Position numbers and translations under genes: made by a program
Part shown: positions 9,848 through 19,798 of the stretch, piece after piece
Position numbering within the stretch: position 1 is the stretch's first letter
Layout: each line of letters opens with the position of its first letter
Assembly: GCA_965116495.1 (NCBI GenBank)
Contig: OZ220696.1
Location: 2,688,001 to 2,752,000, forward strand
Reading direction: 5' to 3'
Origin: Gammaproteobacteria bacterium
GTDB lineage: Bacteria; Pseudomonadota; Gammaproteobacteria; Eutrophobiales; Eutrophobiaceae
DNA length: 64,000 bases
The notes under the pieces: model-generated
What the model was told of the DNA's origin: nothing
Database searches by the model: none
The model's input: the letters and a program-made list of their open reading frames with translations, nothing else

Positions 9848-10348
9848 TCAGTGCTGGCAGATTTCCGCCCATTTTTCGACGGACTCATCACCCAGTAAGG
9901 TTTGCAGTAAAATCACGCTCAATTCACCGGCGCGAAACCGGTAGGCTGCGCCGGCCGGCAACAGGACCAGGTGGCCCCGCGTCGCCTTGATATGCCCCAT
10001 GACCTGGCCCTCCGGTTGGCCGGCCAGTTTAACGGATCCCTCCTTCTCTTCGGGTGGAACCAGCCCGCCGTCCGCGGGCTTTATAAAACGGGCTTCCATG
10101 CTGCCCTGCATGAGCAACGCGGTCTCATCGTGACTGCAGATATACCAGGGGCTGTCTCCTTCCGCGCGTATCACTTCAACGGTGTTCTCCAGGTTTTTAG
10201 CGATGACAATTCGCTCCCAGGGATCTGCATTGCCGGCCACCTCGAACATATTGGAAAACAGGTAATCCCGCGCATCTTCATTACCGGTAATTTCAACGCC
10301 GCCTTTGCTGTAGCTATCGATGCTTCCGAATACGGTAGTTACGGACAT
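9848..10348 (-). CDS. Hydroquinone 1,2-dioxygenase small subunit (HapC/HqdA-type)
   Basis: TVFGS..SYSKGGVEI, FSNMFEVA, KNLE and SPWYICSHDE; lies directly upstream of the large subunit. Confidence 0.87.
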   Translation of the reverse strand: MSVTTVFGSIDSYSKGGVEITGNEDARDYLFSNMFEVAGNADPWERIVIAKNLENTVEVIRAEGDSPWYICSHDETALLMQGSMEARFIKPADGGLVPPEEKEGSVKLAGQPEGQVMGHIKATRGHLVLLPAGAAYRFRAGELSVILLQTLLGDESVEKWAEICQH

Positions 10349-10375
10349 GGTCTTTCCCCCGGAGACAGTAGGTTA

Positions 10376-10437
10376 ATAAGGAAATTTGGGACACCCATAC
10401 ATTGCGCGCTATTTATGGGTGTCCCAAATTTCCTTAT
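10376..10437. repeat. REP-like inverted repeat (TTTGGGACACCCATA family)
   Basis: Perfect 24-bp arms ATAAGGAAATTTGGGACACCCATA and TATGGGTGTCCCAAATTTCCTTAT; the same family recurs at 52503 and 53655. Confidence 0.88.
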
Positions 10438-10481
10438 CATATCGCATCGTGATAGTTTCTGAAAAGGAGCAAAGCAGAAGT

Positions 10482-10504
10482 GGGACAGAATTGAATTCTG
10501 TCCC
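10482..10504. repeat. Short GGGACAG-type palindrome
   Basis: GGGACAGAATT-G-AATTCTGTCCC. Confidence 0.6.
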
Positions 10505-10672
10505 CGCTTGACCCTGCCCGACGCAGATAAAGTATCTCAAAGGCGCCACAGTATAGCATCCCGCCGGTTTTATTTTTGTGGAGGGATGTTATATTAGGGA
10601 GAGTTCTGAGGATTTAACCAGAAGTTCCTTGCCACACACGTCCTCAATCTACTGACTACAAGATAGACACAC

Positions 10673-11347
10673 ATGGGCATTAATCCAAAAGTGCGCCAGA
10701 CAGATCAGCAGACATCCCTTCCCGTCGTTAAAAAAATGCGCAAGGACGCCATACTGAAACGCAAGGAACTGATTAAAATCGCCACTGAAATGTTCCTGGA
10801 ATTGGGCTATGAAAAAGCCAGCATGAATAATCTCGTCAAGCGTTCCGGATCATCAAAAAGCACCATATACAAACATTTCCGCAGCAGGCAGGCGCTTTTC
10901 ATTGCCGTGATAGATGAGAAATTACGCGATCATCTGGCCCCCATTGAAAACCTGGATCTTACAACCCTGAGCATTGAAGAAGGCCTGAAACTGATCGGGA
11001 GGACAGGGATAAAGGTAATCACATCGAAAGATCACATAAACCTGTGCCGAATCATATATCCCGAAGCTGAACGGATACCTTATGTAGGCAAGACCTACTA
11101 CGAACATGGGCCAAAACGCGGTATGGAGGGCGTGGTAAAATATCTATCTGCCATGGTGGAAAGTGGCAGGATCAGGTGCGCGGATCCTTCTTCGGCAGCA
11201 GAACACTTCTGGGGTATGATACTGCACAAGCCCATGCTGGAAATGTATTGTGGTATCAGAGGTCCTTTAACGACCCGGGAGCAAAAAAACTATATAGACA
11301 GAGTTGTCGACTCTTTCATCTCTGCTTTCATTGTAGAGATTGAATAA
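10673..11347 (+). CDS. TetR/AcrR-family transcriptional regulator
   Basis: N-terminal HTH: ATEMFLELGYEKASMNNLVKRSGSSKSTIYKHF. Confidence 0.9.
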   Translation: MGINPKVRQTDQQTSLPVVKKMRKDAILKRKELIKIATEMFLELGYEKASMNNLVKRSGSSKSTIYKHFRSRQALFIAVIDEKLRDHLAPIENLDLTTLSIEEGLKLIGRTGIKVITSKDHINLCRIIYPEAERIPYVGKTYYEHGPKRGMEGVVKYLSAMVESGRIRCADPSSAAEHFWGMILHKPMLEMYCGIRGPLTTREQKNYIDRVVDSFISAFIVEIE

Positions 11348-11351
11348 CCGG

Positions 11352-11647
11352 CTATTGTGCTTTAAACCAGGTGTCAAGGTAGTCAAAAAACTGTTCCTCC
11401 TCATCGGTATGGCAGCGGAAGCCAATATACCCGTCGGGACGTATCAACAATAACTGGCCGCTATCGATTTTGCCATAGCATTCGGCAAATTCCCCTTTGG
11501 CATCCGTAACCAACCCTCTTTCCGGGTCAATTGTATCCGGTCGTCCACGCCATGCCCATGGGCCATGATGATATCGTGCATGGCATGGGTACCGGCGATC
11601 ACCTGTGCGCCGACGATCAATACAGGTTTATGTTGATCCGGAATCAT
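11352..11647 (-). pseudogene. Internally deleted remnant of a PcpB-like FAD-dependent phenol monooxygenase
   Basis: Three juxtaposed pieces: N-terminal PVLIVGA; mid-protein AGTHAMHDIIMAHGHGVDDRIQLTRKEGW; and, in another frame, C-terminal GQLLLIRPDGYIGFR...WFKAQ-stop (TAG at 11352-11354). Confidence 0.72.
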
Positions 11648-11718
11648 GCTAATCCCTGCGTCATCGATTTGTTCATGTCGATCTCAGAATTAATTCTTGA
11701 ATATTGTAGCTGAAGCCA

Positions 11719-11746
11719 CTAAACTGTACAGGATGGTTCGGTTTAG
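11719..11746. promoter_or_regulatory. Candidate TetR operator between the monooxygenase remnant and the ring-cleavage operon
   Basis: Imperfect palindrome CTAAACTGTAC-AGGATG-GTTCGGTTTAG (9/11 arm match). Confidence 0.4.
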
Positions 11747-11825
11747 CATGATGACCACTCGAAGAATTTAGTTTATATTTCATAAGCAATAACATAACAA
11801 ATTTATATCCCGGAGGAAAAAGAAC

Positions 11826-12794
11826 ATGTCCGATAAACTGCCAGGTACAAGCCTGACCGGCCACCATCACATAACGATAGGCGTCGGCAACGCACAGGAA
11901 GACTTCGATTTTCACACCAAGGTACTGGGACTGAAATGCGTCAAGCGCACCTTGTTCTACGACGGGGCAACCCCGGTTTACCACCTGTATTACGGGAATG
12001 ACATCGGTGATGAAAGTACGCTGCTCACCACGTTCCCGGTGGCCCACATAGGGGTAAAGGCAAAGGAAGGCAGCGGTCAGGTCAGTTACGTCAGCTTGTC
12101 CGTGCCTGAAGATTCATTGCCTTACTGGAACAACCGTCTCCGGGAACATGGTTTCGAAGTGACGGAAACCGAACGTTTCGGAGAAAAACACCTCGATTTC
12201 CGTTCCCCGCACAACATCCGCCTGTCCATGGTCGGTGTCGATGACGATACGCGGGCGCCGTATTCCGATGGGCCGGTTCCTGCCGAGAACATGATCCGCG
12301 GCACCCACGCAGCCGGCGTCTCCACCCGCGACATGGAATTCATGGAAGAGTTTCTGCAGGTGGCGTGGGGCTCCCACAAGGAAGCAGACGACAGCAACCT
12401 GGTTCGCTTCACCATGGGCGAGGGCGGCACCGGCACCTATACGGACTTCGAAATCGAACCGGACCGTAAACCGGGGTCCTGGACTGTGGGCGAAGGCGCA
12501 ATCCATCACATGGCCTATAACGTGCCTACCCGGAAAGATCAGGATGCCATCAAGTTTTTCACCGAGGGACTCGGCTATACGGATTTTTCCGACGTGAAGG
12601 ATCGCGGCTATTTTGATTCCATATACATCCGTACCCCCTCCGGCGCCCTGTTTGAAGCCTGTTGTTCACACAAACCTGCTTTCACTTGCGATGAACCGTC
12701 AGAAACACTTGGGACAAAGCTGATGATGTCGCCGCAAATCGAAGCACATAAAGATGAGGTGCTGAAAGTTATCGGTGAAATCAAGGATGATTGA
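11826..12794 (+). CDS. VOC-family (chloro)hydroquinone 1,2-dioxygenase, PcpA/LinE-like
   Basis: HHHITIGVGNAQED, VKRTLFYDG..PVYHLYYG, GAIHHMAY and KDRGYFDSIYIRTPSGALFE match the PcpA/LinE pattern. Confidence 0.85.
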   Translation: MSDKLPGTSLTGHHHITIGVGNAQEDFDFHTKVLGLKCVKRTLFYDGATPVYHLYYGNDIGDESTLLTTFPVAHIGVKAKEGSGQVSYVSLSVPEDSLPYWNNRLREHGFEVTETERFGEKHLDFRSPHNIRLSMVGVDDDTRAPYSDGPVPAENMIRGTHAAGVSTRDMEFMEEFLQVAWGSHKEADDSNLVRFTMGEGGTGTYTDFEIEPDRKPGSWTVGEGAIHHMAYNVPTRKDQDAIKFFTEGLGYTDFSDVKDRGYFDSIYIRTPSGALFEACCSHKPAFTCDEPSETLGTKLMMSPQIEAHKDEVLKVIGEIKDD

Positions 12795-12888
12795 GATAAA
12801 ATAATCCATACCAGCAAAATCCGCAGTTGAGACGCCAGCCCGGCTGATACCCGTTGCGTTTTGCCGGCAGATCACAGAGACTGTTTCA

Positions 12889-13953
12889 ATGATGAATTTT
12901 CACTATGCAGCGCTTCCCTGGAACATCATATTCGCGGCCGGCGCCCGGAAACGCCTGCCCGGGGAACTGGCGCAACTCGGCTACTCCCGCGCACTGGTGC
13001 TGGCAACACCGAACCAGTCGGATATCGGGCAGGAGATCGTCAAACTGCTGGGCGACAAGGCGGTGGGACTGTTCGACCGGGCCATGATGCACGTGCCAGT
13101 TGAGACACTCGAACAGGCAATGGCGGAGGTAAAACGGCTTGACGCCGACTGCTCCGTTTCCGTGGGCGGCGGCTCAACCACCGGCCTGAGCAAGGCACTG
13201 GCTTTCCACCTCGACCTGCCCAATATCGTGCTGCCCACCAGTTACGCCGGTTCGGAGATGACCAATGTCTGGGCAGTGACACAGGACAACCGCAAGGTTA
13301 CCCGGCGGGATAACGTTGTTGTGCCGACGCTGACTATCTATGATCCGGAGCTGACCCTGACGCTGCCGCCGGCATTCGCGGCCGCCAGCGGCATGAACGC
13401 CATGGCGCAGGCCGTTGCCAATGCAGCTGCGGAAGACGCCAATCCCATAAGTTCGGTTCTTGCCCTGGAGGGAATCCGCACCCTGGCGCGCAGTCTGCCT
13501 GCCATCATTTCCGAACCCGAAAACATGGACGCGCGTACCAAAGCCCTGTACGGCGCCAGCCTGGCTGCCGCCGCGCTGGGAACAGGCACAACAGGCCTGC
13601 ATCATCGTCTGTGCCACACTTTCGGCGGCACGTTTAACACCCCCCATGCCGAGACCCATACAGTCCTGCTGCCGCACAGTGTCGCCTACAACGCCGGCGC
13701 CAGGCCCGACACTACGCGCAGGGTCACCGAAGCCCTGGGAGTCAGTGATGCCGCAACCGGACTGTTTGAACTGGCCGGAAAGCTTGGCGCCCCCACTGCA
13801 CTAAAAGACATCGGGGTAAAGGAGACGGACCTGGATGAAGCCGCCGCAGTAGCCGTGGAAAATCCGATAAAAAATCCCGAGCCGGTTACCAGGGAAAGAA
13901 TTCGCGCCTTGCTTGAAAACGCCTGGCACGGCCATCCCCCCCCGCCTGTGTAA
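12889..13953 (+). CDS. Maleylacetate reductase (iron-containing ADH family)
   Basis: [50 protein letters not shown]. Confidence 0.9.
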   Translation: MMNFHYAALPWNIIFAAGARKRLPGELAQLGYSRALVLATPNQSDIGQEIVKLLGDKAVGLFDRAMMHVPVETLEQAMAEVKRLDADCSVSVGGGSTTGLSKALAFHLDLPNIVLPTSYAGSEMTNVWAVTQDNRKVTRRDNVVVPTLTIYDPELTLTLPPAFAAASGMNAMAQAVANAAAEDANPISSVLALEGIRTLARSLPAIISEPENMDARTKALYGASLAAAALGTGTTGLHHRLCHTFGGTFNTPHAETHTVLLPHSVAYNAGARPDTTRRVTEALGVSDAATGLFELAGKLGAPTALKDIGVKETDLDEAAAVAVENPIKNPEPVTRERIRALLENAWHGHPPPPV

Positions 13954-13958
13954 CCGTT

Positions 13959-15326
13959 ATGAGACCCGTTCCGCAGATCACCGTGCAAGAGGCCGCCGCC
14001 AGGGTCCATTCCGGCGACGTGCTTATCGTGGGCGGCTTCGGTATGACGGGTAACCCGACCAGGGTGATGCACGCCATTGCCGAAACTGACCTGACCGATC
14101 TCACTTATATCGGCAATAACGTCGGAGAACCCGGGCTCGCCGGCGGGCGTTGCCTGCGCAAGGGACAGTTCAAGAAAGTCATAGGCTCGTTCTTTACCAG
14201 CAACCCGGAAGCCGTTGCGGCGGCACAGTCCGGGGAAGTCGAATTCGAACTCTTGCCCCAGGGCACCCTGGCTGAGGCAATCCGCGCCGGCGGGGCCGGT
14301 ATCGGCGGTTTCTTTACACCCACCTCAGCCGGAACGCCGCTGGCGGAAGGGCGCGAGACAAAGCTTATCGACGGAACGGAAATGGTATTTATTCCCGCGC
14401 TGCATGCCGATGTCGCGATCATCAGGGCCTGGCGCGCGGATACGGCCGGCAACCTGCAGTACCGTATGACCGAAAACAATTTTAACCAGGCGGCAGCTAC
14501 TGCCGCCGACCTGGTCATTGCAGAGGTGGAGGAAATCGTATCGGCCGGCGCGCTCGATCCTGATTTCATCCATACCCCGGGCTGTTTTGTCGATTACCTG
14601 GTCCAGGCCGCGCTTGACCCGGAGCACCTGGGTACCTCGGCATCCGTGGCGGCGAGCCTGAAAAAGGTGGATGATACCCGCATGATGATGGCCGGGATAG
14701 CACTGGCGGAATTGAAGCGGGGCGATATCGTCAACCTGGGGGTCGGCATACCCACCCTGGTAGCGGACCTGATCAAGCCGGAAGACGGCATCATCCTGCA
14801 CTCTGAAAACGGGATGTTGGGCGTGGGCCCCGAACCGGAATCCGGCGGCGCCATGGAGTACCCGGTCAATGCCGGCAAAGTACCGGTCACCGCGCTGTCG
14901 GGCGCCAGCTATTTCGACAGCGCCACCTCTTTCGCCATGATCCGGGGAGGCCACGTGGACGTGGCCATCATGGGCGGACTACAGGTGGACGAGCAGGGCA
15001 GCCTGGCCAACTGGGCGGTACCGGGCAAACCCCTGCTCGGCGTCGGCGGCGCCATGGACCTGGCGTCCGGCGCCAGGAAGCTGATCGTCACGATGACCCA
15101 CTGCGACAGGAACGGCAACTCCAAGGTGGTTCCCCGTTGCAACCTGCCCCTGACCGCGCGCAAGGCCGTCGATTTACTGATCACGGACCTGGCGGTATTT
15201 GACTTCGACGCATCGGGCATGCGCCTGGTGCGGCTGCTGCCGGGTATTACTGAAGATGAAGTAAGGGCCGGGACGGCGGCGGATTATACGGTGGCCCTGG
15301 CCGGCCGGGGTAACGGAGGATCATGA
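13959..15326 (+). CDS. Fused A+B 3-oxoacid (3-oxoadipate) CoA-transferase
   Basis: A-domain [19 protein letters not shown]; B-domain [20 protein letters not shown]; both in one frame. Confidence 0.9.
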   Translation: MRPVPQITVQEAAARVHSGDVLIVGGFGMTGNPTRVMHAIAETDLTDLTYIGNNVGEPGLAGGRCLRKGQFKKVIGSFFTSNPEAVAAAQSGEVEFELLPQGTLAEAIRAGGAGIGGFFTPTSAGTPLAEGRETKLIDGTEMVFIPALHADVAIIRAWRADTAGNLQYRMTENNFNQAAATAADLVIAEVEEIVSAGALDPDFIHTPGCFVDYLVQAALDPEHLGTSASVAASLKKVDDTRMMMAGIALAELKRGDIVNLGVGIPTLVADLIKPEDGIILHSENGMLGVGPEPESGGAMEYPVNAGKVPVTALSGASYFDSATSFAMIRGGHVDVAIMGGLQVDEQGSLANWAVPGKPLLGVGGAMDLASGARKLIVTMTHCDRNGNSKVVPRCNLPLTARKAVDLLITDLAVFDFDASGMRLVRLLPGITEDEVRAGTAADYTVALAGRGNGGS

Positions 15327-15874
15327 TCTTCGACCCTGCCGTCAATGTCATCGCCGCGCTGATACTCAGCTACGTGTTCGTCCTGGCGGGACTGCACAAA
15401 TGCACGGCGCCGGCGGAGTTTGCAGCCACCCTGGCGAATTACAAAATTCTCCCGGAAAACCTGACCCGCCAGGGCATCTACCTGATCCCCGTTGCGGAAA
15501 TCATGACCGGGGTCGCTCTGCTGATTCCGGCCACGGCACAGCTCGCGGCATTGTCGGCAGGTGCGTTACTGTGCATCTACATTGCCGCCATCGGTATCAA
15601 CCTGCTGCGCGGCCGGCGCAATATCGACTGTGGTTGTGGCGGGCCGGCCCAGAAACAAAGCATCAGCGAATGGATGATCGTGCGCAACGCCCTGCTGGTG
15701 CTGCTGGCCTGTATAGCCGGCAGCCAGGCCGAGCCGCGCACACTGCTCTGGTTCGATTGGTTGATAATCATCCTGGCGGCCGTCATGGGTTGCCTGTTCT
15801 ACAATATCATTAACCAGTTACTGGTAAATAAAGACCTGCTGAAATCGCTGGCCCATGAGGAATACCATGCTTGA
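15323..15874 (+). CDS. mauE: Methylamine utilization protein MauE (membrane)
   Basis: Transmembrane segments, [21 protein letters not shown] and RN motifs; ATGA overlap with the CoA-transferase. Confidence 0.82.
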   Translation: MIFDPAVNVIAALILSYVFVLAGLHKCTAPAEFAATLANYKILPENLTRQGIYLIPVAEIMTGVALLIPATAQLAALSAGALLCIYIAAIGINLLRGRRNIDCGCGGPAQKQSISEWMIVRNALLVLLACIAGSQAEPRTLLWFDWLIIILAAVMGCLFYNIINQLLVNKDLLKSLAHEEYHA

Positions 15875-16478
15875 AGCCTTAATTGTTTCCAACCTGCTGC
15901 TCTGGATCATCGTGGTGATACTGGGGGTGATGGTGTTTGCCCTGGTCAGGCAGATAGGCGTACTCTATGAACGGGTGGCGCCGGCAGGCGCCCTGATGGT
16001 GAATCAAACCCTGCGTCCCGGTGACGCGGCCCCCGAGATGGATTTGCTCACCATCGAAGATAAAAAAATCCGTATAGGCGGTGTCCGGGAACCCGCGCGC
16101 AGCCTGCTGCTGTTTTTTCTCGCTCCCGATTGTCCGGTATGCAAGACCCTGCTGCCGGTGCTGTTTTCGGCACGGAAAGAAGAAAGCGGATGGCTGGACA
16201 TCGTGCTGGCCAGCGACGGTCCTGCCGGAGAACACAGGAAGTTCATCGAGCAGCAGAAACTGTCACCCTTTGATTACGTGCTGTCGGAAATACTCGGCCG
16301 CAGTTACGGGGTAGGTAAACTGCCGTACTCGGTCCTGATCGATGAGCAGGGCAAAGTCGTTACCATGGGCATCATCAATTCCAGGGAACACCTGGAGAGC
16401 CTGTTCGAAGCCAAGGAGCGGGGCGTTGCCTCCATCCAGGAATACGTGAAAAAGTATCACTCCGCAGAACCCGGCTAG
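15867..16478 (+). CDS. mauD: Methylamine dehydrogenase accessory protein MauD (thioredoxin-like)
   Basis: LVRQIGVLYERVAPAGAL, CPVC, VGKLPY and NSREHLESLFEA. Confidence 0.88.
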   Translation: MLEALIVSNLLLWIIVVILGVMVFALVRQIGVLYERVAPAGALMVNQTLRPGDAAPEMDLLTIEDKKIRIGGVREPARSLLLFFLAPDCPVCKTLLPVLFSARKEESGWLDIVLASDGPAGEHRKFIEQQKLSPFDYVLSEILGRSYGVGKLPYSVLIDEQGKVVTMGIINSREHLESLFEAKERGVASIQEYVKKYHSAEPG

Positions 16479-16498
16479 TTGGTATCAGAGTAAAACCC

Positions 16499-17641
16499 AT
16501 GACTCAGGACGCTGCTGCAGCAAGAATTCATCGCGGACTGAAAGGAGTTTATTTCGACCGATCGCCGGCAACGTTCATCGATGGTCAGGCTGGTGAACTC
16601 CGCTATTACGGTTATTCGATCGATGACCTGGCCGCAAATTCCAGTTTTGAAGAAACTGCCTACCTGTTGTTGCACGGTGAGTTACCAAACAGCGCACAGT
16701 TCCGCGCATTCGATGAGCAGCTCAAGACGGAGCGGGTACTGCCGGAGCCTCTCTATGACATCATCAGCGCCATTGCTGATGCTCACCCGATGGACGTCCT
16801 GCGAACGGCAGTTTCTGCATTGGCTGCTTATGACCCGGAAGTCCAAGATTGTTCTGCAGAGGCAGTTCTGCGAAAAGGCGTTCGACTCACTTCGCAAGTG
16901 CCAATGATCGTGGCTACCCATCATAGAGTCAGAATTGGCAAACCCCCGATTGCACCGGATATGAACTTAAGCCATGCAGCCAATTTTTTGTATATGTTAC
17001 AGGGAGAGGCGCCTGGTGAAGGCGCTGCAAGATTGATGGATCTTGATTTTATCCTGCACGCCGAACATGGATCGAATGCGTCCTCGTTCACAGCGAGAGT
17101 TGTCACCGGAACAGATGCTAACCTGCATGCGGCGATCACAGCAGCCATAGCGGCACTCTCGGGACCTGCACATGGTGGTGCTGCCGAAAATGTTATACAG
17201 ATGGCCCGTGCAATTGGAGATCCCAGGAATGCGAAGCAGTACGTCAAAGCCAAAAGGAGTAACAGGGAAGCCATCATGGGTTTTGGTCATCGGGTTTACC
17301 GCGCAGAAGATCCGCGGGCGAAACATTTGCGTCATGGCGTCGAACGGCTGTCGAGAGAAAAGGGTGAACCGCGCTGGAATCAGATTCTTCAGGCCCTGGT
17401 CGAGGCCATGCAACCTTATGCGCGCCATGGCGTCAACGTCAATGTCGATTTTTACTCCGGTGTGATGTATCACTTGCACGGCATCCCACAGGATATCTTT
17501 GTACCGATCTTCGCAGTAGGACGTGTCCCGGGCTGGACATTACAGGTATTGCAACAGCTTGAAAACAATATTCTGATCAGACCGCTGTTAAATTATAACG
17601 GTCCAGGACTGCGTCCTTACATCCCCATGGAAGATCGTTAG
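16499..17641 (+). CDS. Citrate/2-methylcitrate synthase
   Basis: [28 protein letters not shown] and NVDFYSG. Confidence 0.9.
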   Translation: MTQDAAAARIHRGLKGVYFDRSPATFIDGQAGELRYYGYSIDDLAANSSFEETAYLLLHGELPNSAQFRAFDEQLKTERVLPEPLYDIISAIADAHPMDVLRTAVSALAAYDPEVQDCSAEAVLRKGVRLTSQVPMIVATHHRVRIGKPPIAPDMNLSHAANFLYMLQGEAPGEGAARLMDLDFILHAEHGSNASSFTARVVTGTDANLHAAITAAIAALSGPAHGGAAENVIQMARAIGDPRNAKQYVKAKRSNREAIMGFGHRVYRAEDPRAKHLRHGVERLSREKGEPRWNQILQALVEAMQPYARHGVNVNVDFYSGVMYHLHGIPQDIFVPIFAVGRVPGWTLQVLQQLENNILIRPLLNYNGPGLRPYIPMEDR

Positions 17642-17651
17642 CGGGAAAACC

Positions 17652-18623
17652 GTGTCATTTGTTCAACGTTTCATAGAAAGAACACGGGCAGTCTCTGCAC
17701 GACTTGTGTTACCCGAGGGAGACAATGTCCGGATGCTCGCGGCTGCAAGTAGAATCGCGATTGAAGGAATGGGGGAGGTATTCCTTATCGGTAAGCCTGA
17801 GAGTATCGAGGTGTTGGCAGCAGACAATAATATATCGCTGGAAGCCTGCACAATCGTCGATCCGCGCACAAGTGGCCGTAGGCAATACTATGCTGAATTG
17901 TATACCAGTCAGCGTGGTAAAGTGAATTCCGGGATGGCGCTCCGGGCCATGCACAAGCCGCTTTACTTCGGAGCGATGATGGTAAAGGCAGGCGACGCCG
18001 ATGTGCTGCTTGCGGGTATCGACAACCCGACGCGGAGGGTTATCGAAGCTACGCAATTGTGCATTGGTCTCGCTGATGGTATTCAGACACCATCTAGTTT
18101 TTTTATCATGCTCCCGAAGGACAGCAAACCGCTCGTTTTTGCGGACTGTGCCGTCAATGCTGATCCCACGGCAGAAGAACTCGCTGATATTGCCATCACG
18201 TCGGCCAGAAATGCGGAGCGACTACTTGATGATGAACCTCGCGTAGCGCTGCTTTCGTTTTCGACAAAGGGCAGCGCCAGTCATTCGCACGTCGATAAGG
18301 TCGTGCGTGCAGTATCGCTTGTTCGGGAGCGGGCGCCTGGACTCGCGGTCGATGGAGAACTACAGGCGGATAGCGCGCTCATTCCTGCGATCGCGGAAAT
18401 CAAGTCGGTCTCGTCGGGTGCTGTAGCCGGCCATGCTAATGTGTTGATATTCCCGGACCTGGATGCCGGTAACATCGCCTACAAGCTTGTCCAGCACCTG
18501 GGTCATGCCGATGCCATCGGACCTGTACTGCAGGGGTTTGCCAAACCTGTAGCTGACTTGTCCCGGGGAGCAAGTGTAGAGGATGTAGTTGCCACCGCGG
18601 CAATCATGGTTTCGATAACATAG
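17652..18623 (+). CDS. pta: Phosphate acetyltransferase
   Basis: [42 protein letters not shown]. Confidence 0.9.
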   Translation: MSFVQRFIERTRAVSARLVLPEGDNVRMLAAASRIAIEGMGEVFLIGKPESIEVLAADNNISLEACTIVDPRTSGRRQYYAELYTSQRGKVNSGMALRAMHKPLYFGAMMVKAGDADVLLAGIDNPTRRVIEATQLCIGLADGIQTPSSFFIMLPKDSKPLVFADCAVNADPTAEELADIAITSARNAERLLDDEPRVALLSFSTKGSASHSHVDKVVRAVSLVRERAPGLAVDGELQADSALIPAIAEIKSVSSGAVAGHANVLIFPDLDAGNIAYKLVQHLGHADAIGPVLQGFAKPVADLSRGASVEDVVATAAIMVSIT

Positions 18624-18689
18624 CCCGGTTATCCCCCCGGGAAGCTTGTTACTGCGAGGTTTCCATTATTGCAGACACGGGCGGCCAGC

Positions 18690-19715
18690 CTATTTCCCTG
18701 CAACATATTTTTCCAGCTTTTCCAGGTAATGTGCCTTGGCATGTTCAGAAATCCAGGCGGAATTAAACGCGTTACGTGTCAACCGGACAATTTCATCCTT
18801 TGTATAGCTGCCATGTTTGTGCATTTCTATAAAAATATTATTCAGGTAGCGGCTTGCAAATTCCGCCGGGTCATCCGTGTTGATGGAAACGAGCAGTCCC
18901 AGTTCGAGCATTTCGCGGATACTCTCCAACCGCCGGGGAGCAGGATCTGAAGGCCGCCAGGTAGGGCACATCGTGAGGGGGATCTGCAACTCTCGAACCA
19001 TTGCAGTTAATTCCGGGCTGTCGATAACATGCAGGCCATGATCGATACGTTCTACCTGCAATAGTTCCAGGCATTGGCGGATATGTTCGATGGAATTCGG
19101 CTGGTTGCAATCACAATGTGAGGTCAGACGATAGCCTTCTTCCCGTGCTCGCCTGAATACCTCCACGAACTTCAAAGCGAAATTATTCACTTCATAATTA
19201 TCCAGCCCCACCCCGATGATCTCATCTTTAAAAGGTTTAGCCATATCGAGTATTTCCATGGAGGATTCGGCACTATGATCCCTCTGGAAACTCATTATCC
19301 AGTTTGATTCGATCCCAAAATCACGTCTTCCGTCCCTCCTTGCCTGATTAAGTGCGTTGAAGTATTCGGAAAATACAAGTCCCCGACTGATATGTACCTG
19401 TGTTTCGAACATGATTTCCAGATAGACGATGTTCTCTTCAGCAGATTTCTTAAAAAATGCGTAAGCGAGTTCATAGAAATCCTGCCCTGTTTGTAATACA
19501 CGGAGACAGTTCTCATGGTATTTCAAAAAATTATCCAGCGCCGGTTCGCCATAATCCTGTGCCGCCCACACTTCATCTTCATCCCGGTAGGGGATATCCA
19601 CACCGTTGCGTTCTGCGAAGCGCAATAACATCAGTGGTTCTACACATCCCTCAATGTGGACGTGCAGTTCCGCCTTGGGCATTCCGGTAATGAAGTCTTT
19701 TAAACCGTATGACAT
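18690..19715 (-). CDS. Adenosine/adenine deaminase family amidohydrolase
   Basis: MPKAELHVHIEG, RIDHG, PLTMCP and SINTDDP. Confidence 0.85.
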   Translation of the reverse strand: MSYGLKDFITGMPKAELHVHIEGCVEPLMLLRFAERNGVDIPYRDEDEVWAAQDYGEPALDNFLKYHENCLRVLQTGQDFYELAYAFFKKSAEENIVYLEIMFETQVHISRGLVFSEYFNALNQARRDGRRDFGIESNWIMSFQRDHSAESSMEILDMAKPFKDEIIGVGLDNYEVNNFALKFVEVFRRAREEGYRLTSHCDCNQPNSIEHIRQCLELLQVERIDHGLHVIDSPELTAMVRELQIPLTMCPTWRPSDPAPRRLESIREMLELGLLVSINTDDPAEFASRYLNNIFIEMHKHGSYTKDEIVRLTRNAFNSAWISEHAKAHYLEKLEKYVAGK

Positions 19716-19798
19716 TATTCACTTATGGGTTAACACGGCCAGCCCTGTGGCCGCAGGCAACAATTTGCTGTTGTATTGGACACTGAGTCCTGAGCCGC

